Position numbers and translations under genes: made by a program. The notes under the pieces are model-generated. The model searched no databases and had not been told where the DNA came from. It was given only the letters and a program-made list of their open reading frames with translations. DNA of 20,000 bases, from the IMG/VR virus record IMGVR_UViG_3300022555_000049; one strand, written 5' to 3'. The stretch comes from an uncultured virus (IMG/VR IMGVR_UViG_3300022555_000049) (taxonomy: Duplodnaviria > Heunggongvirae > Uroviricota > Caudoviricetes). Positions 1 through 6,905 of the stretch are shown piece by piece. How positions within the stretch are numbered: the first letter of the stretch is position 1; every line of letters begins with the position of its first letter.

Positions 1-35
1 TGCCATTGGGAAGGTTTTAATTGGTTTAACATTTG

Positions 36-132
36 TGAAGATGAAAGGACTTGAACCTTTGACTCTCATAGCGTTACTTCGAAGATACTATGCCTATGTG
101 ACTAGGGACTCTGCCAACTGACTTACATCTCC
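36..132 (-). tRNA. tRNA-like element / aberrant tRNA (97 nt; anticodon not assignable)
   Basis: Minus strand GGAGATG-TA-AGTCAGTTGGCAGAGT-C-CCTAGTCACATAGG-CATAGTATCTTCGAAGTAACGCTATG-AGAGTC-AAAGGTTCAAGTCCTTT-CATCTTC-A. It has a 7-bp acceptor stem (one G-U), an AGTTGG D-loop and a perfect T-arm with TTCAAGT loop. The anticodon arm is a 4-bp stem with a 6-nt loop, followed by an extra long hairpin. The 3' end is CAA, not CCA. Confidence 0.6.
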
Positions 133-136
133 ATTT

Positions 137-167
137 ATTATACGTACATTGACCACTAAAGGTTATT
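137..167 (-). promoter_or_regulatory. ECF-type promoter (aaTAAC-N17-CGTATAAT) driving the tRNA-like element
   Basis: Minus strand AATAAC-ctttagtggtcaatgta-CGTATAAT; same architecture as copies at 328-357 and 869-898. Confidence 0.65.
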
Positions 168-169
168 GA

Positions 170-301
170 TTACCACAAGTAAAAGAACGCAGGTATTTTA
201 TATCCCTTAATCAATTGGTACATAAATTTGAAGAATGCGATGCACCAAGCCAATGTCATCAAAGAAAAAACTGCTGTTAAAATAAATGTAATTGCGTTCA
301 T
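170..301 (-). CDS. small hydrophobic membrane peptide, 43 aa (not in ORF track)
   Basis: ATG at 301, MNAITFILTAVFSLMTLAWCIAFFKFMYQLIKGYKIPAFFYLW, TAA at 170-172; preceded by the conserved promoter and TAAACCAATTAAAAC leader. Confidence 0.7.
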   Translation of the reverse strand: MNAITFILTAVFSLMTLAWCIAFFKFMYQLIKGYKIPAFFYLW

Positions 302-309
302 AATAAAAA

Positions 310-357
310 GTTTTAATTGGTTTACTTATTATACGTACATTGCACACAAAGGTTACA
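310..357 (-). promoter_or_regulatory. ECF-type promoter TGTAAC-N16-CGTATAAT plus conserved leader TAAACCAATTAAAAC
   Basis: Promoter at 328-357, leader at 310-324; identical leader also at 14-28 and 851-865. Confidence 0.75.
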
Positions 358-372
358 ACTTTTAATTAAAAT

Positions 373-555
373 TTATCCCGCACAACTCTTATAAGCCAGA
401 TTCCAAACATTATAATGTTTGCTTATAACATACAATTCAAAAAAGCTATCTGCCCTTGGGTGAACATTGTCTATATGAATTACCTTAAACTTTTCGCTAT
501 CATAATCATATTCAATGGGTTCTACGCCTTTATTAAAGTAATCCTTTAAGGACAA
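373..555 (-). CDS. hypothetical protein, 60 aa (TTG start, uncertain)
   Basis: ORF fills the gap between cassettes on the same strand; no recognisable motif, weak start context. Confidence 0.4.
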   Translation of the reverse strand: MSLKDYFNKGVEPIEYDYDSEKFKVIHIDNVHPRADSFFELYVISKHYNVWNLAYKSCAG

Positions 556-595
556 TAATAAATACTACTTAGTGAGAAAATGATATTAAATAAAG

Positions 596-843
596 TTATT
601 TGCACATTCTTTTTAATTCATCCTTTATTTCCCTTGCTTTCAAACCTTTCCAGCTTGAAGCATTACTTAAAAATACAGAACAATACTTTTGGCTGAGTCA
701 TATCCGAAATAGTCGTTAATGCTGTGCAATGTACACATTGCATTCAAATAAGGGACTGCACAGTAATTTACTTTTGTCCAATCCTTACGAATCTCCCTTG
801 CGATTTGGCTCAATGGTCTTACTTCTCTGGTTGTTGCGTTCAT
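596..843 (-). pseudogene. conserved small phage protein (RPLxxIAREIRxDW...YFLSNASxWxG family) interrupted by a 1-nt frameshift
   Basis: True start MNATT at 843 after the leader. It reads ...SIVLYF then TAA; adding one T to the T5 run (A5 at 669-673 on +) continues LSNASSWKGLKAREIKDELKRMCK* to 596, the expected C-terminus of this phage family as I recall it. Confidence 0.75.
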
Positions 844-850
844 GGTATTG

Positions 851-898
851 GTTTTAATTGGTTTATTAATTATACGTTTCTTAATTAAAAAGGTTACA
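851..898 (-). promoter_or_regulatory. ECF-type promoter TGTAAC-N16-CGTATAAT plus conserved leader
   Basis: TGTAAC-ctttttaattaagaaa-CGTATAAT at 869-898; leader TAAACCAATTAAAAC at 851-865, 7 nt before ATG 843. Confidence 0.75.
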
Positions 899-916
899 GA
901 AATTATATAATTACCA

Positions 917-1105
917 TTACAAAAGTTTCTTACTATTGTCAATAACATACAGTAAACTTATGTAACAGTATGTTGCAGAAACAATAACTATAAAGGTAAC
1001 TAACTTCCCAAAAGCTATTATGCTCACATCGTAAAGATATAGATAAAAGAACGTAGCCAAGCTAAAGAATAATACACTAACTAATAATACTAAGAATGTT
1101 TTCAT
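917..1105 (-). CDS. small two-TM membrane protein, 62 aa
   Basis: Two long hydrophobic stretches; ATG start; directly downstream of the sigma gene. Confidence 0.65.
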   Translation of the reverse strand: MKTFLVLLVSVLFFSLATFFYLYLYDVSIIAFGKLVTFIVIVSATYCYISLLYVIDNSKKLL

Positions 1106-1183
1106 TGTGTCAATTGTTTATGGTTACTAATCTGAACATTGTACTATTTACTTTTCGATTCTAAGCCGTTTTAACGGCACTTC

Positions 1184-1924
1184 CTACTTAAGTGAGTAGG
1201 AAGTACCAACGAATTTTAACTCTGCTTTCAGCATCTCCCTACAACGTAGGATTTGTACTTTAACATTACCTAATGACATATCTAAAGTTTCTGCAATTTC
1301 TTTATAACTGTACTGCCCAATGAAATAGAGTTGAGCAATTTGTTGATACTTTGGTTTAAGACTGTTAAAACCTTTGTTAACACTTGTTAACAATTCCTCA
1401 TTTTCGCTTTCTGCACTTGCATCGCTCTGAGCATCAAATTCTAACCATTCGCTACCATCTTCGTTAACAAAATCACTGATGTAGGTCTTGTTATTAACTC
1501 TCATTTTGGTGACAGTACTGTTGCCAAAATCATCAACATCCTCAACACTCTTAACACAAGTATCTTTGTGATAAGAATCAATAATTAATTGGTATGCGAT
1601 ACCCTTCAACCAAGTGGTTATCTTGCCTTTGGTTGAGTCGTAACCATATTTATCAGCCTTTAAAAAAGTATCATTGCAAACTTCCTTTGCAACTTCCTTA
1701 TGTTTGTAGTTCATCTTATAATTGATGAACTGTAAAACTTCATTATAATACTTTGAGTAGATTTGCTCAAACGTCATTTCTTTCTCAACCTTAACAGTAC
1801 CTTTGGCAATGCCCCAAGACTGTTTCATACAGAAACTAAACATTTCCATTGTCCTAACAGATTGGTTTCTAAACATTTGCCAAGCACGTTTCATTATTTC
1901 TGATTTGTTGTAGGTCGTTTTCAT
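1184..1924 (-). CDS. ECF-type RNA polymerase sigma-70 factor with extra N-terminal helical domain
   Basis: Region 2 (FEQIYSKYYNEV...EVCNDTFLKA...ITTWLKGIAYQLIID) and region 4 HTH (LKPKYQQIAQLYFIGQYSYKEIAETLDMSLGNVKVQILRCR). Likely start MKTTYNKSEIMKRAW at 1924 (track extends to 1963). Confidence 0.9.
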   Translation of the reverse strand: MKTTYNKSEIMKRAWQMFRNQSVRTMEMFSFCMKQSWGIAKGTVKVEKEMTFEQIYSKYYNEVLQFINYKMNYKHKEVAKEVCNDTFLKADKYGYDSTKGKITTWLKGIAYQLIIDSYHKDTCVKSVEDVDDFGNSTVTKMRVNNKTYISDFVNEDGSEWLEFDAQSDASAESENEELLTSVNKGFNSLKPKYQQIAQLYFIGQYSYKEIAETLDMSLGNVKVQILRCREMLKAELKFVGTSYSLK

Positions 1925-2044
1925 CGTGATAAGAATTAAGGTTTGTAACTGAATCCGATACAATAGTAGTGAATGTTTTTTAATTAATAACTATGCTGAA
2001 CGTAATCAATAATCATTATAAATTACGAAAGTTTTAATTAAAAA

Positions 2045-2075
2045 CGTAACAACGTATTAATATAATCCGTATAAT
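2045..2075 (+). promoter_or_regulatory. ECF-type promoter cGTAAC-N17-CGTATAAT
   Basis: CGTAAC-aacgtattaatataatc-CGTATAAT, 45 nt upstream of ATG 2121, divergent from the sigma gene. Confidence 0.7.
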
Positions 2076-2120
2076 TGTCAAACAAAACAATAACATTTTT
2101 AAACCTTTAATTTTATTATT

Positions 2121-2708
2121 ATGAAAACTTTCACAAAACAAATCAAAGCAATTGTTTCTTTATTCTCTGAATTAAACGGTGCGTCTTTTGTAGGCATTCG
2201 CAACTATGTCTCTGAAAAGTCAGGCGAAATTGCTAATTTTGTTGTAATAGCTAATTTCAGTTATGCAAACGCAATTGAACACGACTTAAAAGCACTTCAA
2301 AACTTTTCAATCTTTGATATTAATGAAATATCAAAATTAGGCTTTTCTGTTGAACTTATCAAACAAGCTATTGACAAGCTAAAAACTAGCTTTGAAAACA
2401 ACATTAACACTGAAACACAAAGCAACCAAAGTAAAGGACAACAAGACGCTTATTTGCCCATTACAAACAGTATTAAATTACACATTGAAACAGGCAAAAT
2501 ACATTTGTTTGCTTTGTCACACGATAAAAAAATTGTTCAACCTGCAACTGAACCTTTTAAAGAAGTAAACAGTAGAGAATTAACCCTTTGCCAAAATGCG
2601 GTAAAAAAATACTTTAAATTCAAAACCATTAAATACAGACAATTTATTGTAACACCTGAACAACTTTCAACTGTTGCAATTAAAGGTCAGGAAGTCTGTT
2701 TTGTTTAG
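2121..2708 (+). CDS. hypothetical phage protein, 195 aa
   Basis: Long ORF with its own promoter and downstream terminator; no function recognised. Confidence 0.85.
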   Translation: MKTFTKQIKAIVSLFSELNGASFVGIRNYVSEKSGEIANFVVIANFSYANAIEHDLKALQNFSIFDINEISKLGFSVELIKQAIDKLKTSFENNINTETQSNQSKGQQDAYLPITNSIKLHIETGKIHLFALSHDKKIVQPATEPFKEVNSRELTLCQNAVKKYFKFKTIKYRQFIVTPEQLSTVAIKGQEVCFV

Positions 2709-2722
2709 ACTGATTCCAATTT

Positions 2723-2752
2723 AAAAAGGTTACAGAAATGTAACCTTTTTTT
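2723..2752 (+). terminator. intrinsic (potentially bidirectional) terminator
   Basis: AAAAAGGTTACA-GAAA-TGTAACCTTTTT(TT): perfect 12-bp inverted repeat, GNRA tetraloop, T7 tract, 14 nt after the stop codon. Confidence 0.8.
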
Positions 2753-2904
2753 ATGTCCATACCTATTATTCATATCCATTCTAAATAACAAGTAGTCAAT
2801 CAGTTAAACCTTTTCTTTGCCCATTTTAAGGCGATTTAAGCTACCCTATTCTGATGTGGATGCCCAATATCATTCTCTAATTATCTTATCCCTATGCCTT
2901 CCTT

Positions 2905-2995
2905 TAGTACCCTACCACCCCGTATCCCCCGCTATCCCCCACGGGTAGGACACCTCCCTCTGGGGCTGTCGGTGCTGCCCTTGTATCTCCTCATA
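2905..2995. other. non-coding GC-rich island with G-quadruplex motif on - strand
   Basis: Minus strand 2940-2910: GGGGG-ATAGC-GGGGG-ATAC-GGGG-TGGTA-GGG; TATCCCCC twice; sits in a ~440-nt ORF-free gap of an AT-rich genome. Confidence 0.7.
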
Positions 2996-3146
2996 AAGTT
3001 CACAAATTTCCCAAAAAAAATTTTTATTTCCTAAATAATCGCTTTAATTAAATTTTATAAAAACCTGAGATTCAATGAGTTATGTAAAAATTCGGTCTTA
3101 TAATTATTTTCAAAAAATTTTAAGATTATCTTAAATAGTTATTAAT

Positions 3147-4460
3147 TTACAACCCAGAATTAATTCTACTTAACTCGATATCTAACTCCCATTCCATAAT
3201 ATTATTTAAATAATCGTTGTTTGTTATACGAATTATATTAATGTTATTATCTTTGCAATAATTATTTTTAATTTCGTCATGTTTTTTTCTTTTAATTAGT
3301 CCCTCTTCGCCTCCGAATTTTTTAACTGCTTTATAATGTTGAACACCATCAAACTCAACAATGGTATTATAGTCGGGAAGGAAAAAATCAAAAGGAAGTT
3401 TGTTTATGTTTTTACAGTCGTCAAATTTTTTCTGCCAGATATAATTAATATTTTTTCTTATTAAATAAGTTTTAATTCTTATTTCACCATGAGACATAAT
3501 TTCATCTGGGTCTGTTCCAAAGAAATCGAAATGGCTTACCCACATTTTATAAAACCTATGAGGGTTACTAGGCAATTCCGTTTGTTGAGTTCTTTTATAC
3601 CATTTTTTATATTCTCTAAATGATTTAATTTCGAGTTTTAACATTTTTAATTTTGCTTCTTCGTAGGATAAATAATTTTCACAATTTCCTTTTTCTGAAA
3701 TGATTTTGATATTTTTAGATAATGAGCCATTAATTATTGTATCTGCAGTAACTAAAATTTCTTTATTTGTTAATTTGTTATATAATTTAACCTTAATTTT
3801 ATCTGGGTTATGGTTATCAATTATTCCATTAAATTTATATAAGTTTGAATATTCATTTTTAATAATTTCGGATATTTTTTTATTAATTAATATTCTCGCA
3901 TTAACAATTACGTTATTATTATATTCCTTTAGACATGTTTTACAAATATAGGTAGTGTCCAATTTTTTATAATCATTTCTTTGTATATTTGTATTTGTTA
4001 AATGTTTTTTACAAAAGAAATTAACATGTGTGTCTGTTAAGGTAATATCGTAATCATCTGAAATTTTCTTCAATCTATTAATTAAACTTGTATTATTAAT
4101 TTCTTTTTGTTTTTCTATGTTACAAGTTGGACAACCTTGTGATGAATTTCTAGTTTTCCCAACCAAGACGTTACCGTGGGTTTCACAGGTATAATAATTA
4201 TGATTGTTTATTAATATTATTTTATTCTCTGGTTTGGGAGAACATTTTGGACATTTACTGCCTCCTTTTTGATGGTTTGAGATTCTATTAATAATAAATC
4301 TCCCGTGGGTTTTACAAATAGCATGAAACGGTTTATTTATGTTAATATAAGAATCTTCATCGTACTCATATTCGTTATTATGAATAATTCTCAAATTTTC
4401 AAATAATTGTTTTTTTATTTCTTTAAGATATTCTTCCCTGTTTTTTAAATAACTTCCCAT
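3147..4460 (-). CDS. putative homing endonuclease: CxxH/CxxC zinc-ribbon repeats + integrase-repeat-like unit + C-terminal Vsr/DUF559-like PD-(D/E)xK nuclease
   Basis: CKTHG..CPKC, CETHG..CPTC, CKKH..CKTC; LSYEEAK...IKSFREYKKW...LPSNPHRFYKMW; MSHGE...LPFDFFLPDYNTIVEFDGVQHY...HDEIKNNYC...IIRI. Confidence 0.8.
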   Translation of the reverse strand: MGSYLKNREEYLKEIKKQLFENLRIIHNNEYEYDEDSYININKPFHAICKTHGRFIINRISNHQKGGSKCPKCSPKPENKIILINNHNYYTCETHGNVLVGKTRNSSQGCPTCNIEKQKEINNTSLINRLKKISDDYDITLTDTHVNFFCKKHLTNTNIQRNDYKKLDTTYICKTCLKEYNNNVIVNARILINKKISEIIKNEYSNLYKFNGIIDNHNPDKIKVKLYNKLTNKEILVTADTIINGSLSKNIKIISEKGNCENYLSYEEAKLKMLKLEIKSFREYKKWYKRTQQTELPSNPHRFYKMWVSHFDFFGTDPDEIMSHGEIRIKTYLIRKNINYIWQKKFDDCKNINKLPFDFFLPDYNTIVEFDGVQHYKAVKKFGGEEGLIKRKKHDEIKNNYCKDNNINIIRITNNDYLNNIMEWELDIELSRINSGL

Positions 4461-4505
4461 TAAGTAATAATTAATTTCGTGTAAATATATAAATTAATAT
4501 TTATT

Positions 4506-4553
4506 ATAAATACTAATTTAGAATAAATTTTGAATTAACTTATTAGTATTTAT
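4506..4553. promoter_or_regulatory. divergent pair of AGTATTTAT (putative late promoter) motifs
   Basis: ATAAATACTAAT (4506-4517) and ATTAGTATTTAT (4542-4553) form a 12-bp inverted repeat, one facing each flanking gene. Confidence 0.6.
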
Positions 4554-4569
4554 GGTTAAAAGCATCATA

Positions 4570-5322
4570 ATGGATATAAGAAAAATCATAAGTGAAGAAA
4601 TATTAAAATTAAATGAAGCCTATATAGACAAAGATGGTAATTTGGTTGATATGGATTATAATTTAGTGGATTTTAAATCCTTTCCACCGTCTGTATTAAA
4701 AACTCTTGATAATGAATATTCTAATTATCAATACAATTTTGATTGGAATAGTAAGCAAGATGAGTATAGGGATGATCCTGAAGGCTTCACCGAATTTTTG
4801 GGAAAAAATAAAAGTGAGCAATTTTTAAAAAATATTAATAATATCATTAGGATGACAATTCAAGATATGATAATTAAAAAAAGGCAAGTGCTTGCTAAGA
4901 AAAAATTAAATGATTTTGAAGATTTAATAATACCTGCTTATGGGAATAAGATATTATCACAAAGATTAACTAAATATGAAGAATTGGTTTTAATGAATCC
5001 AGATGCAACACCAGAGAGTATTGAAAGGGGATTTATTGAAGCAAAAAATTTAATTGATAAAGATGGAAATATAAATCCATTGAAAACAGAATTATCCACA
5101 ATATTTCGTGGTGGTGATGTTAATTTACCAGCATTTGAAAGATTTGTTGAAAAGCATCCTGAGTATAGGAAATCATTTGACAGATGGAAGAAATTATTAG
5201 ATGATGATACAAATTTGATGTTAAAAGAATTAAATGCATTTAGAGAGTCAACATCATATGAAAGAATTAAAGAATTGAGAGATTTTTTAATAAATTATAA
5301 AAAACAACATAATATTAAATAA
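4570..5322 (+). CDS. hypothetical protein, possible virion/internal head protein
   Basis: Likely start MDIRKIISEEILKLNEAY (the track start at 4552 overlaps the AGTATTTAT motif). The IIxEEIxxLNE N-terminus is a pattern common in large-phage late proteins. Confidence 0.8.
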   Translation: MDIRKIISEEILKLNEAYIDKDGNLVDMDYNLVDFKSFPPSVLKTLDNEYSNYQYNFDWNSKQDEYRDDPEGFTEFLGKNKSEQFLKNINNIIRMTIQDMIIKKRQVLAKKKLNDFEDLIIPAYGNKILSQRLTKYEELVLMNPDATPESIERGFIEAKNLIDKDGNINPLKTELSTIFRGGDVNLPAFERFVEKHPEYRKSFDRWKKLLDDDTNLMLKELNAFRESTSYERIKELRDFLINYKKQHNIK

Positions 5323-5340
5323 TGATACATCATAAAGCTA

Positions 5341-5934
5341 ATGGATAAAGTACAAAAACAATTAATTGACACATATTTTCGCAAGAGAAAGATTGCTAAT
5401 GAGCAGGAATATCAATATGGATATAGACATTATGAAATAATATATTTTATGAAAAATAACATACCTATTGAGAGAGATAAATATACTGATAATAGCATTG
5501 CTGATTTATTATTATATCATCCAGAATATTTTAGTATGTTTGATTTGTCAAAATTGAATTCCTCACAAATTGAGTATTTATTAGTTGAACAACCAACATT
5601 GATTGATAAGTTAGATTTGTCTAAATTATATGGTTCACAAATAAGGAATCTTTTAATTAAAAATCCTTCATGGATTGATAGATTTACTGAATATTTGGAT
5701 GAACTTTCAAGTGAAAACATTGAAGATATTATAGATGCGCATCCTTTGTTAGCAAACAAACTTCCGTTAATCAGTCTTAATGGTGACAGCATTGCAAACA
5801 TTTTAAGTGGAAATCCTGATATTATTAAATATTTCACTAATAATCAGTTAATGGATGAACTTAGTAGAGAAAATATAAAAGATATTTTAACATTTGAACC
5901 TCAATTAGCAAAATACTTTAAAGGTAGAATATAA
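5341..5934 (+). CDS. helical-repeat protein, tandem paralog 1 (197 aa)
   Basis: N-terminus MDKVQKQLIDTYFRKRKIA; ~22-aa repeats DLSKLxxxQIxxLLxxxPxLIDK. Confidence 0.85.
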   Translation: MDKVQKQLIDTYFRKRKIANEQEYQYGYRHYEIIYFMKNNIPIERDKYTDNSIADLLLYHPEYFSMFDLSKLNSSQIEYLLVEQPTLIDKLDLSKLYGSQIRNLLIKNPSWIDRFTEYLDELSSENIEDIIDAHPLLANKLPLISLNGDSIANILSGNPDIIKYFTNNQLMDELSRENIKDILTFEPQLAKYFKGRI

Positions 5935-6240
5935 ATGGATAAAGCACAAAAACAATTAATTGATACATATTTTCGCAAGAGAGATATTGCAAGTGAGCAA
6001 AGTGAATTGTATTGGTATGTAGAATATGAGGTAATTTATTTTATAACTAATAAGATAGATTTTGATGATACAAAAATTACTGGAGATATAATCGCTAATA
6101 TAATTATAATTCATCCAGATTTAATTGGGTATTTTGATTTGAAAAAACTTAGTGGAAACAACATTGGGAATATTTTAGAATTTCACCCAATACTTATAAG
6201 ATATTTGAAAAAGATAATAGATTCACACAATGAGTATTAA
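5935..6240 (+). CDS. helical-repeat protein, tandem paralog 2 (101 aa)
   Basis: N-terminus MDKAQKQLIDTYFRKRDIA; only ~2 repeats; abuts the stop codon of paralog 1. Confidence 0.85.
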   Translation: MDKAQKQLIDTYFRKRDIASEQSELYWYVEYEVIYFITNKIDFDDTKITGDIIANIIIIHPDLIGYFDLKKLSGNNIGNILEFHPILIRYLKKIIDSHNEY

Positions 6241-6251
6241 AATTTAGTTAT

Positions 6252-6905
6252 ATGGATAAAGTACAAAAACAGTTAATTGATACATATTTTCGTAAGAGGA
6301 ATATCGCCAATAACCAAGATACTCAATATGAATTTGAGTCATATGAGATATTGTATTTTATTAATAACAATATTCCATTTGATTTATCAACTCTTAGTAG
6401 TAATACCATTGCTGGTATATTGGTAAAGCAACCATCATTAATTAATGAGTTTGATTTATCTAAACTTTCGTATTATCAAATTACATTCATTTTAAAACAT
6501 CAACCACAATTATTTGATTATTTTGATATATCGAAATTTGATGGATACAATATTGCAGACTTATTAATTGCACAACCATTATTAATTGATAAGGTAAATT
6601 TAAGTATACTTAATGATGAAAACATTACAGATATTTTAGTTGCGCAGCCTGAATTAATCAATAAATTTGATTTTATTATAAAATCAAATTGGCTTGTTGC
6701 AAATATATTAATAAAACAACCATCATTAATAAATTATTTTGATTTGTCAAAATTTGAAAATTATCAAATTGCATATATTATAGAAAATCAGCCAACATTG
6801 ATTAATAAAATTGATTTATCAAGACTTAACGGTGAATATATATCACGCATATTATTGAAGCAACCTGAATTAGCAAAATATTTTAACAATAGAAATAATG
6901 GATAA
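6252..6905 (+). CDS. helical-repeat protein, tandem paralog 3 (217 aa)
   Basis: N-terminus MDKVQKQLIDTYFRKRNIA; ~8 repeats FDLSKxxxYxIxxILxxQPxLIN. Confidence 0.85.
   Translation: MDKVQKQLIDTYFRKRNIANNQDTQYEFESYEILYFINNNIPFDLSTLSSNTIAGILVKQPSLINEFDLSKLSYYQITFILKHQPQLFDYFDISKFDGYNIADLLIAQPLLIDKVNLSILNDENITDILVAQPELINKFDFIIKSNWLVANILIKQPSLINYFDLSKFENYQIAYIIENQPTLINKIDLSRLNGEYISRILLKQPELAKYFNNRNNG

Noticed and set aside
36..132. tRNA-Sec call (TCA in loop, long extra arm)
   Set aside because: The loop is 6 nt without the U33 context, the acceptor stem is 7 bp, and D-arm/variable-arm geometry do not match tRNA-Sec
844..948. N-terminal extension of the 667..948 ORF
   Set aside because: It runs through the promoter/leader and overlaps the upstream gene; true start is ATG 843
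1165..1178. GCCGT-TTTA-ACGGC hairpin after the sigma gene as a terminator
   Set aside because: Short stem with no U-tract on the - strand; insufficient support
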